Shown one piece after another: positions 42,528 to 55,205 of a stretch of 64,000 nucleotides of DNA. Under the pieces are notes generated by a model. It saw only the letters and a list, made by a program, of their open reading frames with translations, was not told the DNA's origin and ran no database searches. The stretch is from NCBI GenBank assembly GCA_030141605.1, contig JAQGDQ010000202.1, positions 280,099 to 344,098 of the forward strand. Reading direction: 5' to 3'. The position numbers were made by a program, and so were the translations under genes. Within the stretch, counting starts at the first letter, position 1. Each line of letters starts with the position of its first letter. The DNA is from Tubiluchus corallicola. Its lineage: Eukaryota; Animalia; Priapulida.

Positions 42528-43600
42528 CTAGACTAGTGCTCTGAAGTGATCTCTGGCTATGATTTCTCTGAGTTTTTTCCACAAGCGTATTGCTCTGGGG
42601 TAGATGGAGTATAAGTGAATTTTGACTTTTGCAGCTGATCGAACGAATTTGCTGATATAAAATTTGAATTTATTGATGTGTGCTGAGCTGTGCTGATGGT
42701 AATGCCCAGGTATGGATGTAAAGAAATTTTGTCGCTCATGCTGTGGGGAAAGTAACTTAGGTTTTTCTTTTGAATCATTGGTAAAATCTAGCATTTATAG
42801 GCAAGAGATTGTCCCAGTTCTTACCTCCGAGATCAAAGACTCCGCCTATAATAATAGGAGGTGGTGACCGTTTATGCCTGGTGTGACATAATGCCTCCCA
42901 TAGTTGTTTGAGAACCCTTGCTACCATCAGTTGTTTCCACGATGTAGTATGAACAGAGGTAGATTGGCTTTTAATTGCTTGTGTCTAGGTACGCCCATGG
43001 CTTCTCCTCACCGACGTCCGAGAGATAATAGGGTACTATATACAAAAGGTTTTGGCGAAGAGCTATTGCGTCCACATTGGTTTCTGTCTTTACGTATAAC
43101 ATTGTAATTGTAATTGTTTGGGACAACAGAATAACTTTGGTGATTTGCATTAAGTTTTGATTCACAAGCAAAAACAATATCAGGTGCATGTTTATCTAAT
43201 AGTGTGTGCCGACTGGCAATTTTTCCAAACTTTTAAGACTGTTACAGTTTAAGTTGTTACCTTTAAGTCTACGATGCTTTGGTTTGCTAGCAGCATTTTC
43301 TTTGTTGGGAGTCGTTACAAGTGTTGGGGTAAAAGTAGAGAATTGTTCAGTGCCTATTATATTTTGTATACTGCTGCTAGGGGTCTATCATACAAGACTG
43401 CAATTTTCTAATACTTCAGACGAGTTTGACTAATTTACTGAATCAAAAAAGCTGTCTGTAAAGCTAGCTAAATCACAAGTTGTCGCACGAGATTGCACGA
43501 TGGCTTCTTGTTGCTGGCTTGTTACAGTGCCCACATGGATATTGTGGAGGACCCGGATTGATTAGAAGTAAGGCAGCCAGCAATGGTTTTAGTTGTTTGT
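42528..43600 (-). mobile_element. Degenerate, internally deleted CR1/L2-like LINE
   Basis: In order on the minus strand: LLLINPGP-PQYPCGHCNKP..HRAISCD (2A-like + PHD), NLNCNSLKS, PDIVFACESKL, YNVIRKDR, PGINGH (APE endonuclease), YLGITIS, YSIYPRAIRLW (ORF2 C-terminus); frameshifted. Confidence 0.8.
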
Positions 43601-43939
43601 CATACCTAAAATTTGCTGTTGTTTGCTATCGGATTAAAGCTATATATACACTGAAACAGAAACGTCGTTTGTTTAGAAAAGTAACTATAATTTTTGCCAT
43701 CAGCAGTATCTCCTATTTCATAAATATGGGAACATTGAGCAGAGTCCATGGTACTGATAAAAGAATTATGTGGTTGAAAATTTCAGTGTCTTTTACTCAC
43801 CAGTTGATTTCCTGAATGTATTAACCTAAACATAAAGATCGCTACCAATTGCAAGGTCTAAAATACAAGTACTACATGTACTATGATCCTCCTTGCTAAT
43901 GTTTGCTGTATAAAACATTAAAAAATAACATGGCGGCTG

Positions 43940-44031
43940 CAGGTTCTTTGTTTAAGTACAACAATTCCACATCAAATAAACTGTTTATAAATTGTGGTGT
44001 TCCTCAAGAGTCAATATTGGGGCAGCCTAAC
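43940..44031 (+). mobile_element. Reverse transcriptase fragment truncated by the palindrome's left arm
   Basis: INCGVPQESILG resembles the non-LTR RT motif GVPQGSILGP. Confidence 0.6.
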
Positions 44032-47000
44032 AGACTGTGGACTACATTAGACAACCAGACCACCTACCAACAGTATGGCCAGGTAAGTCCACCAATTCCA
44101 CCCACCAAGACTGTGGACTATAAAACTCTGCCAATCCATCCACCAAGACTTGCACCAAAAAATTCCATCATTCTACAGAAAAGCACTGTTAAGACCTTCA
44201 ATGTTAAAAACTAGACCGAATGTAAAAAACTAGTAGAAGAACAAAAGAGTCAACTTTTAAGTGAAATACGTTTTTAGTTTACAAACAAAATTTGAACACG
44301 GATTTACATTTCCACTTTAACTTAATAAAAATCATCTTTTCTCGTTTAAGTGGTTGACCCATTAGTTAACCATTTAATATGTTTTGGTGAATCCCGAGTG
44401 GGAGACTCGGCTTAATCTAAAGGTAGAAAGACCTGATGGTGACACACAGTTCTCAATTTATGAACCATAACAATTCATGAAAAACCTCACAAAGAATAAA
44501 AAGACACAATGTTCTATTTTACTCCATCTACACTGGCACAGATAACTTCTGAAAAGTGAGAGGGGCTCCAGGAGCTATGTCGTCGTCATCGTCGCCATCG
44601 TCGTCGTCGTCGTCGTCATCATCATCATCATCATCATTATATAGGTAAAAATACAGGTACTACACTTAATAGAAATTAGGTACCAATTTAAATACTCAGT
44701 AAAAAAGTAATCTGGTTTTTATTTGCTTGTTCATCAGATGCAAGAAATGTGACTTTTCAACAGCAGGATTAGTCTACAAACTGATGTCCAAAAGTAGTAG
44801 CCGTATGTTAGTAGGTATGTTAGTTCTGACGAACTGGTGTAATATAGATTATAAAGTACAGAATTAAGATCAAATTTCAAGATAAAATAATTCAATACAA
44901 AATAATTCAATACACTGTTATAAGTGGATTTCAACATTATAAAAAAGTTGCATTTTGTCTGAAATGGCTGCAATGATAATCTAGTAAAATTAAATTGAGG
45001 TTCAGACCTAAAAACATTTGCGGAACTAAGAAGGTTGGATACATTAATGTAACACTAAAGTTGCAAGAAATAAAAAAAAAATCACAGCAGTAAAGAATCA
45101 TTGGCCAATGACGTAGCTCTAAAATGCATTTAATTTTTCTGATATTTAAAATTTTTGAAGGATTAGTATATACAACTATCTCTTGATTTAATTAATATTC
45201 CTACATATACCAGCAACCTATGTACTGGAAATTTAGAAACTGTACTTCTCTGCACACTACTGAATGCTGCCACTGTTCTGTTATAGTATAGTACTTTTCT
45301 TTTTTGTACATAGTGTGTGTGTGCATGTGTGCGTACGTGTGCATCTGTGCATAAGTGTGCGCATGTATTTTGTTATTATGTTGTATATTCTGTACTCAAT
45401 TAATGATTAAAAAAAACTCTTTTTCTTTTTTTCTTTTTTCACCTTAAGATACTTAAGATACGCCAGTGTGTACTTAAACAACATGTCTTCGTTAAGAAAT
45501 TTTTTATTGAATTATCTGAGTTCAAGCACTAAGCCACACATATGGTAACATAAAAACAAGCAAAAACACTACTGTCCAAAACGAGAAACGAAGTCAGATA
45601 AATGACCACTACTGGATCCTCACCGCTTCAATAAAATATGGTATATTGCAACGATCATACTCAATATGAAGATTGAGTGAGGAGGCAAGTTTATGAGCGC
45701 CTCCGAGTCGCTTTACGACTCTCCACATCAGAGACAACTGAGAGCTCGTAACGCTCAGAGCAATTTTGTAATCTAGCTTTTATTAGAGCTGCACAGGAGG
45801 GTTCTAAAGCTGCACCAAATGGAACACCATTTTTTTCTTCAAATAATGATGTCAAAATACATTTTATTTACAAGCACTCTATAGGGGAACCTTACCACGA
45901 TACCCTGGCATCAAAATGTTGAATGCTGTTCTGTCTTTAATCAAATTTAATCTGCAATAGTCTGTTAGATCATTTGCAAAACTACATCAATTACAAACCA
46001 TCATACAAATTAAATTATAGATGTCCAGTAGCTAATGTTTACGACAAAACTAATGAATTTAAAAAGTGTAGAGAGATATTTGACAGTCTTTTAACCAAAT
46101 TTATTTTTTACTAGCCGATTCTAGTGTGTGTCACACAAAAGATCTAGTGTTTGTGTTTGTGCCTTGTTTCGTGATATTAAAGAGTTAATAAAAGTAAATT
46201 TGTTTTGTACTTATGTCAAGCTATATGTGTATATTATTTATATGAAATTATATGATACGTATTATTTTATACGCGATTTACTTGAATGATTGTATGCATA
46301 AAAGTGTGCTTTGGTTTTTAGATATGTGCATTTTACTGTAGCTTATGTCATTTTTACTTTATCACTTGGATTTATATGCACTCCTACTGCACTCGTGGTT
46401 TTAATTTTTTCGCATCAGACACACCAGACAAAATAAAAAAATCTTAATACTTTTATTTATCAGCATAGGAACAACAACCATAAGCCGGAATAAACAAGCA
46501 AATACAAAAAACATAATAAATGAAGGCAAACTAGCAGCTGTGATATGTTATTAGATCCTTTATAAAATTACACCACTTACAGAATAACATACATATTAAA
46601 TTGTTGCTTTCCAGTAGATAATGTTTATGACACAACACTCTACTGACAAATTTAGAAAAATAAAATAAATAAAATGAAATAAAATAAATAAATAAATTTA
46701 GAATTATAATAGAAATTTATTAAATTTATAAATTCAGCTATATTTGACAATTTTTTAACCAAACTTTGGCGGTGTCGGAGTCAAAATTTGAAACGAATGA
46801 AACTGTAATGAGTGAAGAAGTTTTTATCTATAATTAAATAAATACAAGTGAAGAATCGGAGATAAACATCCAAAAAATGCAAATTTTGAGTAGAAGAACA
46901 ACCTGCGATTCAAACGACACATGTTGGTTTTGTTTACAGCCTCGTAAATGTGCTGTTATTGACACACGAAAATTCATCGTCAATTTCCAGTGCAAATTGT

Positions 47001-49949
47001 TCTCCAGGGGCTTATTACCTGCAGCGTGTCGGGTTTATTGTTACTCGTAAACAAATTATTCATATCGTAAGAATTGCAGGTTGTTCTTCTACTCAAAATT
47101 TGCATTTTTTGGATGTTTATCTCCGATTCTTCACTTGTATTTATTTAATTATAGATAAAAACTTCTTCACTCATTACAGTTTCATTCGTTTCAAATTTTG
47201 ACTCCGACACCGCCAAAGTTTGGTTAAAAAATTGTCAAATATAGCTGAATTTATAAATTTAATAAATTTCTATTATAATTCTAAATTTATTTATTTATTT
47301 TATTTCATTTTATTTATTTTATTTTTCTAAATTTGTCAGTAGAGTGTTGTGTCATAAACATTATCTACTGGAAAGCAACAATTTAATATGTATGTTATTC
47401 TGTAAGTGGTGTAATTTTATAAAGGATCTAATAACATATCACAGCTGCTAGTTTGCCTTCATTTATTATGTTTTTTGTATTTGCTTGTTTATTCCGGCTT
47501 ATGGTTGTTGTTCCTATGCTGATAAATAAAAGTATTAAGATTTTTTTATTTTGTCTGGTGTGTCTGATGCGAAAAAATTAAAACCACGAGTGCAGTAGGA
47601 GTGCATATAAATCCAAGTGATAAAGTAAAAATGACATAAGCTACAGTAAAATGCACATATCTAAAAACCAAAGCACACTTTTATGCATACAATCATTCAA
47701 GTAAATCGCGTATAAAATAATACGTATCATATAATTTCATATAAATAATATACACATATAGCTTGACATAAGTACAAAACAAATTTACTTTTATTAACTC
47801 TTTAATATCACGAAACAAGGCACAAACACAAACACTAGATCTTTTGTGTGACACACACTAGAATCGGCTAGTAAAAAATAAATTTGGTTAAAAGACTGTC
47901 AAATATCTCTCTACACTTTTTAAATTCATTAGTTTTGTCGTAAACATTAGCTACTGGACATCTATAATTTAATTTGTATGATGGTTTGTAATTGATGTAG
48001 TTTTGCAAATGATCTAACAGACTATTGCAGATTAAATTTGATTAAAGACAGAACAGCATTCAACATTTTGATGCCAGGGTATCGTGGTAAGGTTCCCCTA
48101 TAGAGTGCTTGTAAATAAAATGTATTTTGACATCATTATTTGAAGAAAAAAATGGTGTTCCATTTGGTGCAGCTTTAGAACCCTCCTGTGCAGCTCTAAT
48201 AAAAGCTAGATTACAAAATTGCTCTGAGCGTTACGAGCTCTCAGTTGTCTCTGATGTGGAGAGTCGTAAAGCGACTCGGAGGCGCTCATAAACTTGCCTC
48301 CTCACTCAATCTTCATATTGAGTATGATCGTTGCAATATACCATATTTTATTGAAGCGGGGAGGATCCAGTAGTGGTCATTTATCTGACTTCGTTTCTCG
48401 TTTTGGACAGTAGTGTTTTTGCTTGTTTTTATGTTACCATATGTGTGGCTTAGTGCTTGAACTCAGATAATTCAATAAAAAATTTCTTAACGAAGACATG
48501 TTGTTTAAGTACACACTGGCGTATCTTAAGTATCTTAAGGTGAAAAAAGAAAAAAAGAAAAAGAGTTTTTTTTAATCATTAATTGAGTACAGAATATACA
48601 ACATAATAACAAAATACATGCGCACACTTATGCACAGATGCACACGTACGCACACATGCACACACACACTATGTACAAAAAAGAAAAGTACTATACTATA
48701 ACAGAACAGTGGCAGCATTCAGTAGTGTGCAGAGAAGTACAGTTTCTAAATTTCCAGTACATAGGTTGCTGGTATATGTAGGAATATTAATTAAATCAAG
48801 AGATAGTTGTATATACTAATCCTTCAAAAATTTTAAATATCAGAAAAATTAAATGCATTTTAGAGCTACGTCATTGGCCAATGATTCTTTACTGCTGTGA
48901 TTTTTTTTTTATTTCTTGCAACTTTAGTGTTACATTAATGTATCCAACCTTCTTAGTTCCGCAAATGTTTTTAGGTCTGAACCTCAATTTAATTTTACTA
49001 GATTATCATTGCAGCCATTTCAGACAAAATGCAACTTTTTTATAATGTTGAAATCCACTTATAACAGTGTATTGAATTATTTTGTATTGAATTATTTTAT
49101 CTTGAAATTTGATCTTAATTCTGTACTTTATAATCTATATTACACCAGTTCGTCAGAACTAACATACCTACTAACATACGGCTACTACTTTTGGACATCA
49201 GTTTGTAGACTAATCCTGCTGTTGAAAAGTCACATTTCTTGCATCTGATGAACAAGCAAATGAAAACCAGATTACTTTTTTACTGAGTATTTAAATTGGT
49301 ACCTAATTTCTATTAAGTGTAGTACCTGTATTTTTACCTATATAATGATGATGATGATGATGATGACGACGACGACGACGACGATGGCGACGATGACGAC
49401 GACATAGCTCCTGGAGCCCCTCTCACTTTTCAGAAGTTATCTGTGCCAGTGTAGATGGAGTAAAATAGAACATTGTGTCTTTTTATTCTTTGTGAGGTTT
49501 TCATGAATTGTTATGGTTCATAAATTGAGAACTGTGTGTCACCATCAGGTCTTTCTACCTTTAGATTAAGCCGAGTCTCCCACTCGGGATTCACCAAAAC
49601 ATATTAAATGGTTAACTAATGGGTCAACCACTTAAACGAGAAAAGATTATTTTTATTAAGTTAAAGTGGAAATGTAAATCCGTGTTCAAATTTTGTTTGT
49701 AAACTAAAAACGTATTTCACTTAAAAGTTGACTCTTTTGTTCTTCTACTAGTTTTTTACATTCGGTCTAGTTTTTAACATTGAATGTCTTAACAGTGCTT
49801 TTCTGTAGAATGATGGAATTTTTTGGTGCAAGTCTTGGTGGATGGATTGGCAGAGTTTTATAGTCCACAGTCTTGGTGGGTGGAATTGGTGGACTTACCT
49901 GGCCATACTGTTGGTAGGTGGTCTGGTTGTCTAATGTAGTCCACAGTCT
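44032..49949. repeat. Large inverted duplication: arms 44032-46911 and 47071-49949, spacer 46912-47070
   Basis: Arms are reverse complements (paired coordinates sum to 93981-93982; identical ORFs at 44734-44973 minus and 49009-49248 plus); only a handful of mismatches and one 1-bp indel seen. Confidence 0.98.
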
Positions 49950-50265
49950 TTGTTGGTGGATGTATCTGATCTATAGTCTTGACAGGTGGATTGGTGGACT
50001 TATCTGGTCCACAAGTCTTGGTGGGTGGAATTGGTGGACTTACCTGGCCATACTGTTGGTAGGTGGTCTGGTTGTTTAATGTAGTTCACAGTCTTTCTTG
50101 GTGGATTTATCTGTTCTATAGTCTTGATAGGTGGATTAATGGACTTATTTAGTCCGTAGTCTTGTGGATGAAATTTGGACTTATCTGGTCCACAGTTTCG
50201 GTGGGTGGACTGGTGAACATATCATGTCTTCAGTTTTGGTGGGTGGATTGGTGGACTTATCAGTG
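49850..50265. repeat. ~35-bp degenerate minisatellite (gtccacagtcttggtgggtggattggtggacttatctg) with a ~144-bp higher-order duplication
   Basis: Visible tandem copies; its first part is mirrored at 44032-44150. Confidence 0.85.
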
Positions 50266-53200
50266 ATCTTTTGTGTATGTTATGTCGTTTATTTTGGTGT
50301 GGGACTCTCTGTGTATTCTCAAATATCGCTGGTCTTTAACTCAGGTTATCTAAAAGTTTTGTGCATGATCGTATTAATTCTGTAATCGTCAGACATTATT
50401 TTGTTTCTTATTTTTTATATGGGTATTGCATTGTTGTTTACTTTTACACAACTTATTATTTTTATGACCATATTAATAGTCTTTTTGCCAAATAGTCACT
50501 TTGCCACTGGTAGTCTTGTCTAACGCCTTTTACACAGTTTTTCGCATTAACGTTCGTGTTGTTTTTCACACTATACTACTGTGTTGTTATCTGTGATCTT
50601 TCGTGGCTGCACTTACCTTTTTCGATGCCCCATTGTTTAATTTTGCAACAACGATAGTTGTGGTTTGCAGAAACATCTTTCTGGTGGTGCTTTTTACCTG
50701 GGTTTTTGTAGCTTCTTATAACAGTCTTCTGTACAGCTTTTGCGTAACCCGTTTTGTATAGATGTAGATAAGTATCGTACGGACTATAATAACACGGTAA
50801 ATAATGGAACGATAAATATGAAAAAAGGCATAAGAAAAAATTGCGCATCCAACACTAACCCTATCCCTAATCCTAACACATTTTCTTCCATCTGGCAGAT
50901 GATTACAACTTATATGTTACCAAAAAGAAGCTTCAAATACTCGTTTATTTGTACTCTTTTGCCTACTTTCCATTAGTGAGCATTTTTCATGCGTCTTTTT
51001 TTCTTTGTCATATTTACCGTGTCATTTTCACATCCTTGACAATCTCTCCTCTGTTTTTTGCTGCATCCCCTTTACACTTCCGTTCCCCCCTCTACCTGGT
51101 GTCGACGAAGCGATATTTTTGAGAAAAAGCTGGCTAATATCTAGACAGCTAGTCGAGTTTTATTGTGAGATTTTAGACTGAAGTGCGCAAGTGATCAGCA
51201 CTCTCAGCTTTATATAGCGATTAATCAATGCATTTAATGGCTTGCGTAACTTGCGCACGGGGCTTGAATTATTGACGCTGATGTAATGCATTACGTGTTA
51301 CTGTTAGGTGCAGGCTTTTAAGTTTGCAGTAAAACAATTAGAGAGAAAACGATGAAGGGGAATTTAGCAGTAATTATGCCTAAGTTTTTATTTGGTACAC
51401 GTTCAGGTAATTGTGGAAATATTACTGTTTATTGTACATATATAGTACACTTTTGGCAGTTAGTATGAAGTACATAAGATAATTTGAATAATAAATACAT
51501 ATATTTATTAAATTGATAACAGTGAATTCATTTAGATCTGGTCCTCACCACCGACAATTTATTCGCTTTGCTGGTGCGTTTCACATCGTGACATTTCTAG
51601 ATACAACACAGTTGTTAATGAATCCAGTTTTCCTTCTGACTTCTTATCTGTGTAACTCTACCAGAAATTTTTTCCACTTAACTAGTACTTTGTCTCTTTC
51701 AGTAAAAAACGTTAGCATGTACCTTTTATTAATAGCAAGTTTTTAGAAGAATTTTTTCACTTTGTCACACTCACTGTAGCACAGCTCTTGCTTGTTACTC
51801 TGACTGACCTTTGACCTTTTGTGGGGGATTTGTGCAACTATTGAGGGTAGTGGTGGGCCCGGGAGCAGTTCATTGCTACTCTACATTTGAAGCTTTCAAA
51901 AACCAAAGATAAATTCCTGGTAACTCAAGCAAATATATCCTTTGCAATTTTTGAAAATTAAAATATTCAGTGAATTTAAAAATCTAAATCGTTTTTATTT
52001 GAATAGTTTTGTATATTTGTCTGTATTTACTAATAATTTTTTTGTTATGTATTATATGTATATTATCCTTTTCTAGTTTTTTGTATATATTTATTTTTTA
52101 TTTTTATTATCTTCTGCTTAAATAGCTTAAATAGAAAATAGATAATTATTTAAATAGTTATATTACGTTTTTATAATTTTTTATAATTTGTATTTATATA
52201 CATAATATATTTATTGTCCTATTTCATCATTTTTGTACATAATTACAGGTACGTAATTATTTGTAATATTTGTAAGTCCTCTTTTAACTGAATATATAAC
52301 ATACAAACGGTCTTAATGTAACACGCCACAAACAGTTAGCCTTGCCAATATTACATGCTTCAATTTTTAACGAGATTTCTCGATTCTTTTTTTACGATCC
52401 TCTGCTTGTTATCATTGTAGCTACTGCTTACAAAATTTCAAGCTTTTTTGGTTATTATTATTAGAAGATAAAACTCAAAATTGAATGCAATTTCGCGTGA
52501 CCGCTAAAAGCTACAATTGTGACACATTTGTTATACTGAGCGTAACTGGGGAAGTAATAATAATAAACACCTATACTCTATTGTGTAGTCTCAGTAAAAT
52601 TATTACGGCTCCTTATTTAGACATTGCTAATGCAATTACAATTGTCGCTGATATAAAAAGAATGTTGTTGAAGGTGTTTTCCGTATCCGCTTGGCACACG
52701 TGCGATTGCAGTGCGACTTCAGAACTTGTTAATTTAACCATAAACTCTGTGATGTGCACATTAAGTTAAAAACGCATTAGGCGGGTGAAATCAGGAAACC
52801 GTGGTGCCTGTAAATATGGTCTAAAGTAGTTAAGTGTATTAAATGGTGTGAAAACACTATCGCGGCTACACGTATATAATGAAGTTAATGGCTACTTGGC
52901 GACAGGTGTCCAGTGCTTAGTGTGAGTCTTTGGACACTGCTACCTGAAACGTGTGCTAGTTCATTGTTGTTAGCTTGCGATCTTGCCTAAGCTACAAAAA
53001 TGCAATTCATTCATTAACATTAATCGGCTATGGATGCCCCTGTAAATAATGTTTTGCAGTTCTATCCTGTCTACCCAGTACACTATCATTTCCCTTTTGA
53101 GAAAAAATTACATTGAAAATTTAATTTTTCTTTAACGAATTTGTTTATCTTCCTGACTAATAACAGCAGCAGAAGTCTGAGCAGCAACGATGACAATTTG

Positions 53201-53459
53201 TAATAAACAATAAACAAATTTATCTACAGCAATTACAATGGCTGAATTTATTATTATTTTTTACTTGGTTGTTTTAATTTGCTCAGTAGTGATACTTGTA
53301 ACTTTACCAAGTATAAAAAATTAAAGGACCATGATGAAATAAATTCAAAATACGCTGTACTTTGTAATAATTTATAATAATTACTAATGAAACCTACACG
53401 TTTTGATAATATGATTGACATTAAAATAATTCACTAATCACTGTAGCAAAAACTGTATT

Positions 53460-53700
53460 GTGCAATCACAATAATTGTACAAGCAGTAACAACAATATCA
53501 AGAAGAGCGATGAAAATAATAGTATCATCATCATTATCACTGTCATCATCATTAACATCAATGACAATAGCAATGACAAGGATAAAAACAACAAGAACGG
53601 CAATAACCACAATGACAATAACGACAAAAATGAGAACGATAATAGCAACAACAGCAACGAAAATAATAATATCATGATCATCATCATCATCACATAACAG
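53460..53700. repeat. Degenerate trinucleotide (AAC/AAT/ATC) low-complexity tract
   Basis: Direct observation. Confidence 0.8.
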
Positions 53701-55112
53701 CATCAGCAAATGGAAAACCCTGTGTTTTCTCGCTACCCTCAATTGATGCTAGACCGGATGGTTGAGCTGGGGTAATTTTGACACCATTGCAGACTAAGTG
53801 GCATTTTGCTTATAGCGATTTTCTGCGCACTTTACGAGCGTGTTAAATTGGTCATCGCTCCTCGTTAAGTCGAGTGCTTTTCCCGCTTTTCATACCTCGT
53901 AGCGGTGTGCCGCCTGGAGATCACCATCCCGGAGCGCACGAGGTAATGACACGTTCACACCTAGTCCGGTACGCCGCTTGGCGATTACCGGCATGTAATG
54001 ACACGCTGGCGAATTCTACGCAGTCATCAGCGAAAAGGTCGTCGTTGTAAAGTGCCGCACTAGAGTGAATGTAACACTCCTGTAATGCCATCATTGTAAA
54101 ATGACTAAAAGTCTTCTGTGGTCTCTGATGATTCGCAGAAAATTCTGTTTTAGGGATGACACTTTAGTTTAGGTACATAGCTAGTTACTTTAATTTCAAG
54201 TTTCTTCTGTTTTGTTGTCTGATTTTAGTTTGTCATCATCATATTTTTGTTTTAAAATACATTTGGCTGACTTCTACTGCTACCGTTCTCATATTACCAG
54301 AAGTTGTTGAGGTTTTATTCAAATTTTACATTAGTTTAAGTACAAATTGTATTTTCTTGAAATAATTTCTGGTGAATATTTATGTAAATTTCATAGCAGT
54401 ATAAGAAAAGTAGAAAAATGAGGGTGAGCAAAGCGAAAAACTCTTAATAAAGAAGCAGGAAGAGTGGAAGAATAAACTGCAAGAAGGATTGATAAAGAGA
54501 AAGTAGGAAGAACAGTTCAGAAACAATGTAAACAAGTAATAAGAACAAATGGAAATAAAAACTAAAGAAAAAAACCAATGAATAAAAGAAAGAAAGAATG
54601 AAATTCAAAACAAATGAAAAAAGAAAAATAGCGAATTCATCAAGAAAAGATTAGTTTTATATTTTCAGAAAAATATGAATTAAAAGAATAAAACTGATGC
54701 AATTTTTTGAAAAAGATGCTACAAAGCGGCAGGAATCGCACCTCTTTTCACCTGAAATAATCACTTCGCCTCCTGCTGTTCTGGCACGTGCTAGATCAGT
54801 TCCACCTGGTTAACCTGTTCCAGATTTATTTGTTGTGTCGTTCCGAAGTCGGTCAAGGTGAAAAGTGTTAACGTTGCCCAGGTCAGTCTCATCAGGTGCC
54901 CCTTCTATGAGTCGAGTCAATTCCGGATTGTTTCCCTCGAGACAGAAAAGTGTCATTAATGCGCATATAAAAAATTAAAAACCGTTCTATAGGCTTTTAG
55001 TCTTATTCCCTTTCTCTGCTGTAACAAGAGTTCTTACAGACTTGGAAACGTATTATCCTTATTCAAGGTCGTTATTTTATTTGTGATTTTAGCTAAGATT
55101 TACGTTTCCATA

Positions 55113-55205
55113 TCTGTTTCCACATTTGTTGCCGTACCTGTGCGGACAGCAGGTAGTTTCTGTTTCCACATTTGTTGCCGTACCTGTGCGGGCAGCAGGT
55201 AGTTT
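55113..55205. repeat. 46-bp tandem duplication
   Basis: tctgtttccacatttgttgccgtacctgtgcgg(a/g)cagcaggtagttt twice. Confidence 0.9.

Noticed and set aside
44734-49248. Two identical 79-aa ORFs on opposite strands
   Set aside because: A by-product of the inverted duplication; non-ATG start and AT-rich non-coding composition
44032-49949. Palindrome as a Foldback/long-TIR transposon
   Set aside because: No TSD, no discrete outer end on the right (it continues into the minisatellite), and the arms look like mixed host DNA
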